Shown in pieces: positions 35,599 through 45,405 of a stretch of DNA of 64,000 bases. The translations under genes were made by a program, and so were the position numbers. Every line of letters begins with the position of its first letter. Position 1 is the first letter of the stretch. The notes under the pieces are model-generated. The model was not told the origin of the DNA. It worked only from the letters and a program-made list of their open reading frames with translations, and searched no databases. The stretch spans positions 224,001 to 288,000 of the forward strand of contig OZ252098.1 in the NCBI GenBank assembly GCA_965248355.1. Reading direction: 5' to 3'. The stretch comes from Candidatus Latescibacterota bacterium (lineage in GTDB: Bacteria > Latescibacterota > UBA2968 > UBA8231).

Positions 35599-36204
35599 GT
35601 GAGAGCGGCGGCGGATCGATCCGGCCCCGGGACCGACAGGGCGGCGCGCTGGATCACCCATCTCCTCAGCCCGCCGGGCCTGGCCCTGGCCGTCTTCCTG
35701 TGGCTGCCCGCCGGTGAGGCCCCGCTGCCCTGGGTGTGGAGCAAGGCCCTGGCCATCCTCCTGTTCTCCATCGGCCCGGCCGCCCTCCTCGGCTCTCTGG
35801 CCAGGGGCCAGGGAGTGACCGACATCTACGATCCCCCCCGCCATCTGCGCAGGCGCTTCCTGATCGTGGGGACTCTCTGCTACGGCATCGGGTACGCGGT
35901 ACTGGAAGGGCTCCAGATGCCGCCGGACCAGCGCTGGGCGGCGGCCTCCTTCGCCGTCGGCGCCGCCGGGGTGGGGCTGGTGAACCGCTGGTGGAAGATC
36001 AGCATCCACAGCGCCGGCTCCGGCGGCGCCGCCGTGGTGGCGGCAACCGTCCTGGGAGCCCCTTGGTGGCCCCTCTGCGCGGCCCTTCCCCTGGCGGCGG
36101 CATGGGCGCGATGGCGTCGGGGTGCCCACTCCCTGGCGCAGCTGGTGGCCGGCGCCGGCTTGGGCGCCGCTGTCACCCTCCTGTTGCGAGCCTTCTTGAT
36201 GTGA
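35599..36204 (+). CDS. PAP2-like integral membrane protein
   Basis: Multiple TMs; WKISIHSAG and WARWRRGAHSLAQLVAG resemble PAP2 motifs. Confidence 0.65.
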   Translation: MRAAADRSGPGTDRAARWITHLLSPPGLALAVFLWLPAGEAPLPWVWSKALAILLFSIGPAALLGSLARGQGVTDIYDPPRHLRRRFLIVGTLCYGIGYAVLEGLQMPPDQRWAAASFAVGAAGVGLVNRWWKISIHSAGSGGAAVVAATVLGAPWWPLCAALPLAAAWARWRRGAHSLAQLVAGAGLGAAVTLLLRAFLM

Positions 36205-38417
36205 GCGGTCCGGACCTCTTCGAGGGAGCCGGGGGCGCCGGCCGGGAGGACTCGGCCGCCGGGGGGGGTGTGCGTCTGAAGGGGTTGATCGACCACATCA
36301 CCTTCCAGAACCCGGAGAACGGCTACACCATCGCCCGGCTGCGGCCGGAGGGGGAGGGGGAGCCGGTCACCGTCGTCGGCACCATGGCCGTCTCCGCCGG
36401 TGAGAGCGTGCAGCTGGAGGGCACCTGGGACCGGCATCCCCGCTTCGGCCGGCAGCTTCAGGTGGACTCGTGCATCCCCGACTACCCGGCCACCGTCGAG
36501 GGCATCGAGCGCTACCTCGGCTCGGGGCTGATCAAGGGGATCGGCCCGGTGATGGCCGAGCGCATCGTGGCCCGCTTCGGCGAGTCCTCCCTCGAGGTGA
36601 TCGACACCCGGCCGCGGCAGCTGCTGGAGATCGAGGGGCTCGGGGAGAAGCGCGTGCGGGCCATCGCCGAGGCCTGGAAGGAGCAGCGCCGCATCCGCGA
36701 CGTCATGGTCTTCCTCCAGTCCCACGGCGTCGGCACGGGCCACGCCGTGCGCATCTACCAGCAATACGGCGAGGAGGCCATCCACAGCGTCCGGCAGGAT
36801 CCCTACCGGCTGCAGCGCGACGTGCGCGGCATCGGCTTCCAGACGGCGGACCGGATCGCCGGCGATCTCGGCATCGCCCGCGACGCGCCGGAGCGCGTGC
36901 GCGCCGGCCTCCGCTACCTGCTGGAGGAGGCCGCCGACGAGGGCCACCTCTTTCTGCGCCAGGACGAGCTGGCCTCGGGGGCCGCCGAGCTGCTCGGCGT
37001 GGACCCCGGATCCTTCCCGGAGGCGCTCTCGGCCCTCCAGGAATCAGGTGAGGTCGTCGTGGAAGGGCAGGACTGCTATCCCGGGCGCCTGCACCGGGCC
37101 GAGCGCGGCGTGGCGCTGGCCCTGCAGCGGCTCATCGCCTCCCCGGGACCGCCCGTCGCCCGCCGGACAGGGGAGGGGGACGCCGCCGGGGACGCATCCC
37201 TGGGCAAGGACCAGCGGTGGGCCCTGGACCAGGTGGGCGCGGGGAAGGTCCTGGTCGTCACCGGCGGTCCCGGAACGGGCAAGACCACGATCACCCGCCA
37301 GATCGTGCAGCGGCTGGAGGCCGCCGGCCTGCGGGTGGCCCTGTGCTCGCCCACGGGACGGGCCGCCAAGCGCCTGACCGAGGCCACCAGCCGCGAGGCC
37401 CGCACCATCCACCGGCTCCTCGAGTTCGCGCCCCGGGAGGGCGGCTTCCGCCGCCACGAGAACCTGCCCCTCGAGGCGGAGGCCGTCATCGTCGACGAGA
37501 GCTCCATGATCGACATCTCCCTGATGAACGCCCTCCTGCGCGCCGTTCCCGACGCCGCCCGGCTGATCCTGGTGGGCGACGCCGACCAGTTGCCCTCGGT
37601 CGGGCCGGGCCACGTGCTCGGGGACATCATCGACTCCGGCGCCGTGCCCGTGGCGCGCCTGCGCCACATCTACCGCCAGGCCGTGGACAACCTCATCGTC
37701 ACCAACGCCCACCGCATCAACGGGGGCGAGTGGCCGCGGATCGACAACCGCTCGGACTCCGGCTTCTACTTCGTCGAGGAGGACGACCCCGCCCGCGTGG
37801 CCGAGCGCCTCGTGGACCTGGTGGCGCGCCGGCTGCCGCAAGGCCGGGACCTCGACCCCATGCGGCAGGTCCAGGTCCTGACCCCGATGTACCGCGGCGA
37901 GACCGGCGCGGTGCAGCTCAACCGCCGGCTCCAGGAGCGGCTGAACCCGGGACGCAGGTCCCATACCGTCGGCGACCGCGAGCTGCGCGAGGGGGACCGG
38001 GTGATGCAGGTGCGCAACAACTACGACAAGGGGGTATTCAACGGCGACCTGGGCCGCATCGGCCGCCTGGAGACGGGGGAGGATTCCTTCGCCGAGGTCG
38101 TCTTCGACGCCGGCGGCGTGCAGCGCTACGAGCTGTCGGAGCTCGACCAGCTGAACATGGCCTACGCCATCAGCATCCACCGGGCCCAGGGCTCGGAGTT
38201 CCCCGCCGTCGTCCTGCCCCTGACGACCCAGCACTACCCGATGCTGCAGCGCAATCTCCTCTACACCGCCGTCACCCGGGCCCGGGAGCTGTTCGTCCTC
38301 ATCGGCAGCCAGCGCGCCCTGAGGCGGGCCATCGAAAACGACCGCCCCGCCCGGCGGAACACCAACCTGGCCGCCCGGCTGCGCACGGCCCTGGCCGGCC
38401 CGGAGGCCCCCGGCTAG
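36201..38417 (+). CDS. recD2: ATP-dependent RecD2-like DNA helicase
   Basis: N-terminal ITFQNPENGYTI; HhH IKGIGP; Walker A GGPGTGKT; DESSM; GDADQLPSVG; AYAISIHRAQGSEF; LYTAVTRA. Confidence 0.95.
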   Translation: MSGPDLFEGAGGAGREDSAAGGGVRLKGLIDHITFQNPENGYTIARLRPEGEGEPVTVVGTMAVSAGESVQLEGTWDRHPRFGRQLQVDSCIPDYPATVEGIERYLGSGLIKGIGPVMAERIVARFGESSLEVIDTRPRQLLEIEGLGEKRVRAIAEAWKEQRRIRDVMVFLQSHGVGTGHAVRIYQQYGEEAIHSVRQDPYRLQRDVRGIGFQTADRIAGDLGIARDAPERVRAGLRYLLEEAADEGHLFLRQDELASGAAELLGVDPGSFPEALSALQESGEVVVEGQDCYPGRLHRAERGVALALQRLIASPGPPVARRTGEGDAAGDASLGKDQRWALDQVGAGKVLVVTGGPGTGKTTITRQIVQRLEAAGLRVALCSPTGRAAKRLTEATSREARTIHRLLEFAPREGGFRRHENLPLEAEAVIVDESSMIDISLMNALLRAVPDAARLILVGDADQLPSVGPGHVLGDIIDSGAVPVARLRHIYRQAVDNLIVTNAHRINGGEWPRIDNRSDSGFYFVEEDDPARVAERLVDLVARRLPQGRDLDPMRQVQVLTPMYRGETGAVQLNRRLQERLNPGRRSHTVGDRELREGDRVMQVRNNYDKGVFNGDLGRIGRLETGEDSFAEVVFDAGGVQRYELSELDQLNMAYAISIHRAQGSEFPAVVLPLTTQHYPMLQRNLLYTAVTRARELFVLIGSQRALRRAIENDRPARRNTNLAARLRTALAGPEAPG

Positions 38418-39154
38418 AGCCGCAGGCGCTTGAACAGCTCCTCCGGCACGAGCCGAATCAGAAGCAGGATCCAGCGCCAGAACCAGGGCGTGTAGACCAC
38501 GTTCCGCCGCCGCCGCCAGGCGCGCAGGATGTCGTCGGCCACCCGCTCCGGCGAGGCCACGAGGAACAGCCCCTCGCGGCCTTCCGTCATGGGTGTGTCC
38601 ACGAAGCCCGGCTTCACCGTCATGACGTGCACCCCGGCGGGCGCCAGCCGGTTGCGCAGGCCCTGCAGGAAGATGGTCAGCCCGCCCTTCGAGGCCCCGT
38701 ACACGTAGTTGGACTGCCGGCCCCGGTCGCCGGCGACGGAGCTCACGGCGATGAGGCCGCCCTCGCGCCGCTCCTCCAGGTCGTTGGCCAGGTGGCCGAG
38801 GCAGACGGCGGCGGCGGTGAAGTTGGTCATCAGGGTAGCCGTCATCTCCCCCGTGTCGTGCCGTGCCTCCTGTGGATCGCCGGAGTAGCCGAAGACGCAG
38901 ACCACGAGGTCGAAGGGCCCGGCGCCGTCGCGGACCCGGTCCGCGAGGCCGGCGTGGGTCTCCAGGTCGAGGGCGTCGAACTCGAGCAGGTCCACCTGCC
39001 GTTGCCAGCGCAGGCGCAGGTCGGAGGCCAACGGCTCGAGCCGGCTGCAGCGGCGGGAGGCCAGCACCAGGTCCCAGCCGTCGCCGGCCAGCCTGACCGC
39101 CAGGGCCTGGGCGATGGCGGAGCGGGCCCCGAGGAGGAGGGCGCGGCCGCTCAC
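38414..39154 (-). CDS. SDR oxidoreductase, DprE2-like
   Basis: GARSAIA; SSVAGDRGRQSNYVYGASK (YxxxK); KPGFVDTPMT. Confidence 0.88.
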   Translation of the reverse strand: MSGRALLLGARSAIAQALAVRLAGDGWDLVLASRRCSRLEPLASDLRLRWQRQVDLLEFDALDLETHAGLADRVRDGAGPFDLVVCVFGYSGDPQEARHDTGEMTATLMTNFTAAAVCLGHLANDLEERREGGLIAVSSVAGDRGRQSNYVYGASKGGLTIFLQGLRNRLAPAGVHVMTVKPGFVDTPMTEGREGLFLVASPERVADDILRAWRRRRNVVYTPWFWRWILLLIRLVPEELFKRLRL

Positions 39155-40461
39155 GTCAGCCCCGTGCGGTCGGAGAGAGCCGAGCGGAAGCGGCCCTCCG
39201 GGTCGTAGCGCCGCCGGGCGGCGCGGAACTCGTCGAGGCGGGGGTACATGGCCTCGGTCTGCTCCGGGGTGAGGAGGGCGTCCTTGGCCAGGTAGACGCG
39301 GCCCCCGGCGGCGGCCACCGTGCCGGCGGCGGCGCCCAGGGCCTCCTCGATCCGCGAGGTGCGCGGGAAGTCGAGAGCCAGGGTGTATCCCGGCATGGGG
39401 AAGCCGAGGGGCCCGCCCGGGTGGTCGCCGAAGGTCTTGAGCACCGCCAGGGAGCAGGGCGCCGCCCGCCGGGTGCGTTCGATCACGTCCCCCATCACCG
39501 CCTCGCCGTCGTCGAAGGGGACGGCGAACTGAAACTGCAGGAAGCCCCGGGGCCCGTAGGCGCGGTTCCAGTGGGCCACGCCGTCGAGGGGATGGAAGTA
39601 GGGTCCGTAGTGGATCCGCCGGTGCCTGCGGCGCCGTAGCTGCCGCCGGTAGTAGAGTATGTTGAGCAGGCGCACGCCGGCGCGCCGCACCAGGTTGGCG
39701 GGCAGGGCGGGCAGCTTCCACCTCGGGTCCCGGTGCAGGGGGGACAGGGCCGGGCCTTCGGCGTGCTCGCCGAGCAGCACGTGGCCGCGCCCCCGGCGGC
39801 CGCCCCGGGCCAGCAGGTCGATCCAGGCCACGGAGTAGGGGTGCCGGTCCTGGGTCTCGCGCAGGAGCTGGCAGGTTTCCCGCAGGCCTCCCGTGCGCAG
39901 GCTGATGTTGTCGATGAAGGCGGAGCGCACCGGCGCCAGCCGCAGGGTGACGGCGTGGATCAGCCCGGTCAGCCCCATCCCCCCCAGGGTGGCCCAGAAC
40001 AGGTCGGCGCGGTCGGCTCGCGAGCAGCGCACCACGTCGCCGCCGGCGAGGACCATCTCGAGCTCGTCCACGAAGGCCCCGAAGGCGCCGTGGCGGTGGT
40101 GGTTCTTGCCGTGCACGTCGGCGGCGACGCAGCCGCCGAGGGTGCAGTGCCGGGTCCCCGGGGTGACCGCGGGGAACCAGCCGCGGGGGAGGGAGAAGCG
40201 GATCACGTCGTCGAGGGTGACCCCGGCCTGGGCCTTCAGGACCCCGCCCCCGGCGTCGAAGTCGAGGAGGTGGCGCAGGGGGACGGCCGACACCACGCGG
40301 TCGCCCAGGGCCGCGTCTCCGTAGCTGCGGCCGGCGCCGCGGCCGATGCCGGCGTGGGGATACCGCGCCAGCCGCCGCAGATCGTCGAGGTCCCGGGCGC
40401 GGTGGACGGCGCCGTGCATGCGCGGATAGCGCCCCCAACCGTGCAGTGGTTCGGTCTTCAC
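39151..40461 (-). CDS. FAD-binding oxidoreductase, DprE1-like
   Basis: GWGRYP; RGAGRSYGDA; TLGGCVAADVHGKNHH; YSVAWID; GGRVYLAKDA. Confidence 0.9.
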   Translation of the reverse strand: MKTEPLHGWGRYPRMHGAVHRARDLDDLRRLARYPHAGIGRGAGRSYGDAALGDRVVSAVPLRHLLDFDAGGGVLKAQAGVTLDDVIRFSLPRGWFPAVTPGTRHCTLGGCVAADVHGKNHHRHGAFGAFVDELEMVLAGGDVVRCSRADRADLFWATLGGMGLTGLIHAVTLRLAPVRSAFIDNISLRTGGLRETCQLLRETQDRHPYSVAWIDLLARGGRRGRGHVLLGEHAEGPALSPLHRDPRWKLPALPANLVRRAGVRLLNILYYRRQLRRRRHRRIHYGPYFHPLDGVAHWNRAYGPRGFLQFQFAVPFDDGEAVMGDVIERTRRAAPCSLAVLKTFGDHPGGPLGFPMPGYTLALDFPRTSRIEEALGAAAGTVAAAGGRVYLAKDALLTPEQTEAMYPRLDEFRAARRRYDPEGRFRSALSDRTGLT

Positions 40462-40508
40462 GCAGCCTTTGTCCCGGGAGCTGGATGGATGCGGCGGTCC
40501 TCCTCTTG

Positions 40509-40537
40509 TAGGTAACCCCTCGCCGGGGGCCTGGCAA
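40509..40537 (-). promoter_or_regulatory. Putative sigma70 promoter of the DprE1/E2-like pair
   Basis: TTGCCA-N17-TACCTA on the minus strand. Confidence 0.35.
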
Positions 40538-40582
40538 GAAGCCAGGTAGCCCCTGGCCGGCGGGCCGAGTACATTCGATCGC

Positions 40583-42508
40583 ATGGATCCCTCCGCCTCT
40601 ACCCTGCTGGCTCTCAGTCTGGCCGCCCTCGTAGGGGGCCCCCTGCTCTACGGGGCCGCCCGGCTCTCGGGCCGCATGATGGCCGCCCTCGACGGGTTCG
40701 TGCTCGTCGCCATGGGCGGCCTCGTCCTCCTGCAACTGCTGCCGGCCAGCGCGGCCCTGGCGGGCTGGGTGCCGGCGGCGGCCGCCGTCGCCGCGGGTCT
40801 GTGGCTGCCCGCGCTCATCGGGCGGTATCTGCCGTCCCTGGAGCGCCCCGTCCGCGTCATCGCCCTCCTTCTCGGGCTCGCCGCCATGGCCGCGCACGCC
40901 TGCACCGACGGCCTGGCCCTGTCCGGGCGGACCCCCGGGACCTCTCTCACGCCGCCCATGGCCGTCCTCCTCCGTCTGCCCGTGGGCCTGGCGGTCTGGT
41001 TCCTCCTGCGGCCGCTCTACGGCCTGGCGCCGGCCCTGGCCGCCCTGGGGGCGTTGGCGGCGTCTACGGCGGGCGGCTTCCTGGGCTTTGTCCCGGGCGA
41101 GGCGGCCATGGACAGCCGCCCCTGGGGACTCTTCCAGGCCGTCTCCGCCGGCGCCCTGCTGCACCTCGTCCTGCGTCGCTCCTACCCGGTGGCGTCCGGC
41201 GTCGAAGGCCCGGCCGCCCGGCGCTGGCAGTCGGGCCTGGGAGCGGTGGCCGCGCTGCTGCTGCTGTGGGCGCTCCCCGTCGGACAGGGAGGGGCCGGGG
41301 CGCTGGCCGGCATGGCCGGCGTGTTCTACAACCTGGCCCGGGAGTCGGCGCCCGCCCTGCTCATCGCCTACGTCGGCGCCGGCCTCGTGTTCGCCCTCCT
41401 GCCCCAGGGCACGGTGGACTGGATGGGGCGAGGCTCACGGCTCTCCCAGGCGGCGCGGGGCATGGCGTTCGGTCTGCCCCTGCCCGTCTGCTCCTGCGGC
41501 GTCGTGCCCCTGTACCGGTCGATCGTGGTCGCCGGGGTCCCGCCCACGGCGGCCATGGCCTTCCTCATCGCCACGCCGGAGCTCAGCCTCGACGCCATCC
41601 TCATCTCCCTGCCCCTGCTGGGAGGGGAGTTCACGGTCGCCCGGGTGGCGGCGGCCGCCGCCGTCGCCCTCGGCACGGGGTGGTTCGTGGGCCGCTTCGC
41701 CTCGCGGCTCCTGCCCCAGGGCCAGGCGGCCGCCACCGAGGGGGGCCGGCCGCCGGTGATCTCGCGCCTGCGCACGGGACTCTCCCAGGGCCTGGGCGAG
41801 GTGGTGGACTCCACGGCGCCCTGGATCCTCGTGGGGCTGGCCCTCGCCGCCTTGGCCCACGACCTGATGGGTTCCCGGTGGTCGGAGCTGGTGCCGCCCG
41901 GGTTCGAGGTGGAGATCATGGCCCTGGTGGGCATGCCGGTCTACGTCTGCGCCGCCGGGGCCACGCCCCTGGTGGCGGTCCTGGTCCTCAACGGCGTCTC
42001 CCCGGGGGCGGCCCTGGCCTTCCTGATCACCGGACCGGCGACCAACGTCACCACCCTGGGCGTGCTCACGCAGCTCCACGGGCGCCGGATCGCCCTGCTC
42101 TTCGCCGCCTCGGTGGTGGTCATCACCGTCCTCCTCGGCCGCGCCGTCAACGGCCTGACGGAGGTCGCCGGCGTCGTGCCCGACCTCGAGCACGCCGGTC
42201 ACGGGGCCGGGTGGCGGGACCTGTGCCTGGCCGCGCTCGGGGCGCTGATTCTGGCCTCCCTGGTCCGCCGGGGTCCGCGCGCCTTCGTGGGCCAGATCCT
42301 CGAAGCCGGGGAGGCAGAGCCGGCCGCGGACCGCCCGGATTCCTGCTGCGAGTCGGAGGCCGAGCCCGACTGCTGCGGGGGGTCGTCCGAGCCGGAGCCC
42401 GACTGCTGCGCAGGTTCGTCGGCGCCCGAGCCCGAGGCCGAGTCCGACTGCTGCGGCACCTCCACGGCTTTACCCGAGACAGGGGACCGCGCGAGAACCA
42501 CTTCCTGA
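40583..42508 (+). CDS. DUF318/ArsP-type metal permease with a ZIP-like N-terminal part and Cys-pair tail
   Basis: PLPVCSCGVVP, FLIATPE, YVCAAGATP and FLITGPATN are DUF318-like motifs; four DxCC/DCC units at the C-terminus. Confidence 0.85.
   Translation: MDPSASTLLALSLAALVGGPLLYGAARLSGRMMAALDGFVLVAMGGLVLLQLLPASAALAGWVPAAAAVAAGLWLPALIGRYLPSLERPVRVIALLLGLAAMAAHACTDGLALSGRTPGTSLTPPMAVLLRLPVGLAVWFLLRPLYGLAPALAALGALAASTAGGFLGFVPGEAAMDSRPWGLFQAVSAGALLHLVLRRSYPVASGVEGPAARRWQSGLGAVAALLLLWALPVGQGGAGALAGMAGVFYNLARESAPALLIAYVGAGLVFALLPQGTVDWMGRGSRLSQAARGMAFGLPLPVCSCGVVPLYRSIVVAGVPPTAAMAFLIATPELSLDAILISLPLLGGEFTVARVAAAAAVALGTGWFVGRFASRLLPQGQAAATEGGRPPVISRLRTGLSQGLGEVVDSTAPWILVGLALAALAHDLMGSRWSELVPPGFEVEIMALVGMPVYVCAAGATPLVAVLVLNGVSPGAALAFLITGPATNVTTLGVLTQLHGRRIALLFAASVVVITVLLGRAVNGLTEVAGVVPDLEHAGHGAGWRDLCLAALGALILASLVRRGPRAFVGQILEAGEAEPAADRPDSCCESEAEPDCCGGSSEPEPDCCAGSSAPEPEAESDCCGTSTALPETGDRARTTS
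42338..42459 (+). repeat. Imperfect coding repeat (GAGyCCGACTGCTGC units) encoding acidic Cys-Cys motifs
   Basis: DSCCESEAEP-DCCGGSSEPEP-DCCAGSSAPEPEAES-DCCGTS. Confidence 0.75.
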
Positions 42509-44442
42509 TGGACCACAGCGGCCGCATCCTCTCCCGCGAACGCCGGCCCGACCCCTACTCGTTCCAGTCCCTGATTCCCGCCTCCGACCAGCAGCGCTTC
42601 AACGATGGCTCCCACCACCGGATCCACGACCTCCTCGGCGCCCATCCCCGGACGGTGGAGGGCCGCGACGGCGTGCACTTCGCCGTGTGGGCGCCGGCGG
42701 CTGCGCGGGTCAGCGTGGTGGGCGACTTCAACCACTGGGACGGCCTCTGCCACCCCATGCGCCGGCTGGGGTCCAGCGGCCTCTGGGAGCTCTTCGTTCC
42801 CGGCCTGGGCGCCGGGGCCCTCTACAAGTACGAGATCCTGAGCCCCGAGGGGCGACTGCTGGAGAAGGCCGATCCGGTGGCCTTCGCCTCCGAGGTGCCG
42901 CCGCGCACGGCCTCGGTGGTGACCGCCGGGCCCAACTTCGAGTGGACCGACGACGACTGGATGGAGCGGCGCGAAGGCCGCCGGTGGGCGCGGGAGCCCC
43001 TTTCCATCTACGAGGTCCATCCCGGCTCGTGGAGGCGCGGCTCGGGGGGAGAGACCCTGGGCTGGCGCCGGCTCGCCCCCGAGCTGGCGGAGTACGCCGC
43101 CGGCCTGGGCTTCACCCACGTGGAGCTCATGGCCGTGGCCGAGCATCCCTTCGACGGCTCCTGGGGATACCAGGTGACCGGCTACTTCGCGCCCACGGCC
43201 CGGCTCGGGCCGCCCGCCGACTTCGCCTGGTTCGTGGACCACCTCCACAGCCGGGGGCTCGGCGTGATCCTCGACTGGGTGCCCGGCCACTTCCCGGAGG
43301 ACGCCCACGGCCTGGCGCGGTTCGACGGCACGACCCTCTACGAGAGCGCCGAGCTCGGCCTGCATCCCGACTGGGGCACCTTGACCTTCGACTTCGCGTG
43401 CCCGCAGGTGAGGGCCTTCCTGCAGTCCAACGCCCTGTTCTGGCTGGACCGCTTCCACGTGGACGGGCTGCGGGTCGACGCCGTGTCGTCCATGCTCTAC
43501 CTGGACTACTCGCGCCGCGAGGGGGAGTGGACCCCGAACCGCCACGGCGGGCGGGAGAACCTGGAGGCCATCGAGTTCCTGAGAGAGACCAACCGGCTGG
43601 TGCACGGCCATTGCCCAGGGGCGCTGACCCTGGCCGAGGAGTCCACGGCGTGGCCCGGCGTGTCCCGGCCGCAGGAGGCCGGCGGCCTCGGCTTCGGGTT
43701 CAAGTGGAACATGGGGTGGATGAACGACGTGCTGCGCCACATGGGCCGCGATCCCGGGGACCGGCGGTTCCACCTGTCGGACCTCACCTTCGCCGCCCAC
43801 TACGCCCACGCCGAGAACTTCCTCCTGCCCCTGAGCCACGACGAGGTCGTCCACGGAAAGCGGTCGCTGCTGGAGAAGATGCCGGGGGGCGAGTGGCAGC
43901 GGTTCGCCAACCTGCGGCTGCTGCTCGCCTACATGTTCGCCTTCCCCGGCAAGAAGCTGCTGTTCATGGGGGGGGAGTTCGGCCAGCGGCCGGAGTGGAG
44001 CCACCTGCAGGGCCTGGAGTGGTCGAGCCTGGAGCAGGTGCGGCACCGGGGCGTTCGGGACCTCGTGCGGGACCTCAACGGGCTCTACCGGTGCCATCCC
44101 GGTCTGTACGGCACCGACTGCGACGAGGACGGGTTCGAGTGGATCGACGCCGGCGGCACGGAGAGCGCGGCCCTCGCCTTCGAGCGGCGCTCGGGGGAGG
44201 AGGACCTCCTGGTGGCGGCCTGCAACTTCACCCCGGAGCCGCGGCACGGCTACCGCCTGGGCCTGCCCCGTCCCGGGCGCTGGCGGGAGCGCCTCAACAC
44301 CGACGCCGTGGACTACGGCGGCTCCGGAGCCGGCAACTGCGGCGTGGTGGAGGCCGGGGAGGAGCCCTGCCACGGGCGCCGCTGGTCGGCGGTCCTCACC
44401 CTTCCCCCCTTGGCCGCCCTGGTCCTGGTGCCGCCGGGCTGA
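42508..44442 (+). CDS. glgB: 1,4-alpha-glucan branching enzyme (short N-terminus)
   Basis: FAVWAP; SWGYQVTGYFAP; RVDAVSSMLY; AEEST; SHDEVVHGK (GH13 catalytic D/E/D). Confidence 0.96.
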   Translation: MDHSGRILSRERRPDPYSFQSLIPASDQQRFNDGSHHRIHDLLGAHPRTVEGRDGVHFAVWAPAAARVSVVGDFNHWDGLCHPMRRLGSSGLWELFVPGLGAGALYKYEILSPEGRLLEKADPVAFASEVPPRTASVVTAGPNFEWTDDDWMERREGRRWAREPLSIYEVHPGSWRRGSGGETLGWRRLAPELAEYAAGLGFTHVELMAVAEHPFDGSWGYQVTGYFAPTARLGPPADFAWFVDHLHSRGLGVILDWVPGHFPEDAHGLARFDGTTLYESAELGLHPDWGTLTFDFACPQVRAFLQSNALFWLDRFHVDGLRVDAVSSMLYLDYSRREGEWTPNRHGGRENLEAIEFLRETNRLVHGHCPGALTLAEESTAWPGVSRPQEAGGLGFGFKWNMGWMNDVLRHMGRDPGDRRFHLSDLTFAAHYAHAENFLLPLSHDEVVHGKRSLLEKMPGGEWQRFANLRLLLAYMFAFPGKKLLFMGGEFGQRPEWSHLQGLEWSSLEQVRHRGVRDLVRDLNGLYRCHPGLYGTDCDEDGFEWIDAGGTESAALAFERRSGEEDLLVAACNFTPEPRHGYRLGLPRPGRWRERLNTDAVDYGGSGAGNCGVVEAGEEPCHGRRWSAVLTLPPLAALVLVPPG

Positions 44443-44547
44443 CCGGGGGCTTCGTATATTCCACCGGATCCCCGGGGTCCGCAGGCCCGTCCTCCTGCCA
44501 CCGGCCCCGGGCGCGGGAGACTCCGTGCGAGAAAGGTTGATCAAGCC

Positions 44548-45405
44548 ATCGTCGACTTCCTGAGCGGGGCCGCGCATCATCTGCGGTCACGGCCCCTGCC
44601 GTTGGCCGGCACCGCCGTCCTCGCCGGCCTGGTCGTGGTGGCCCTCCTGGCGCCGCTGCTGGCGCCCTTCGACCCGCTGGACCAGGACCTCTACCAGCGC
44701 CTGCGACCGCCGTCGTGGGACCATCCCATGGGCACCGACGACTTCGGCCGCGACATCCTCAGCCGCGTGATCCACGGTTCCCGCATCTCCCTGCGCATCG
44801 GCGGGATCTGCATCGGCATCTCCCTCACCCTGGGCACCGCCCTGGGCCTGGTAGCCGGGTACCGCGGCGGCCTTACCGATACCCTCGTCATGCGCCTCGT
44901 GGACATGATGCTCGCCTTCCCTTCGATCCTGCTGGCCATCGCCATCGTCGCCGTCATCGGCCCCGGGATCGACAATGTCATGATCGCCGTGAGCATCGTC
45001 CTCGTGCCCCAGTTCGCCCGGCTGGTGCGGGCCCAGGTGCTCTCCCTGCGCGAGCTCGCCTACGTCGAGGCGGCGCGCGCCCTCGGCGCCGGCCACCTGC
45101 GCATCATCGCCTTCAGCCTGCTGCCCAATTGCGGCGCGCCCCTGATCGTGCAGACCTCCCTCAGCCTGGCCACGGCCATCCTCGACGCGGCGGGCCTCAG
45201 CTTCCTCGGCCTCGGCGCCCAGCCCCCGACGCCGGAGTGGGGGGCCATGCTCAACAGCGGCCGCGAGTTGCTCCTCAAGGCGCCGTGGGTGATGACCTTC
45301 CCCGGCTTGGCGATCTTCGCCGTCGCTCTGGCCCTCAACGTCGTCGGCGACGGCCTGCGCGACGCCCTCGACCCCCGCCGGCCGACCTGGCCCGCGGCCG
45401 CCTGA
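44548..45405 (+). CDS. dppC: Peptide ABC transporter permease DppC/OppC (start uncertain)
   Basis: HPMGTDDFGRDILSRV; YVEAARALGA (EAA loop); LSFLGLGAQPPTPEWG; GDGLRDALDP. First canonical start is TTG 44602, but the frame is open upstream. Confidence 0.88.
   Translation: MVDFLSGAAHHLRSRPLPLAGTAVLAGLVVVALLAPLLAPFDPLDQDLYQRLRPPSWDHPMGTDDFGRDILSRVIHGSRISLRIGGICIGISLTLGTALGLVAGYRGGLTDTLVMRLVDMMLAFPSILLAIAIVAVIGPGIDNVMIAVSIVLVPQFARLVRAQVLSLRELAYVEAARALGAGHLRIIAFSLLPNCGAPLIVQTSLSLATAILDAAGLSFLGLGAQPPTPEWGAMLNSGRELLLKAPWVMTFPGLAIFAVALALNVVGDGLRDALDPRRPTWPAAA

Noticed and set aside
40801-42507. Apparent long N-terminal extension on GlgB
   Set aside because: Off-frame overlap with the permease; glgB starts at the TGATG junction at 42508.
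44440-44604. Stop-codon readthrough from glgB into in-frame dppC
   Set aside because: The intervening codons are non-conserved-looking, a TATATT -10-like box sits there, and no functional rationale or SECIS is evident.
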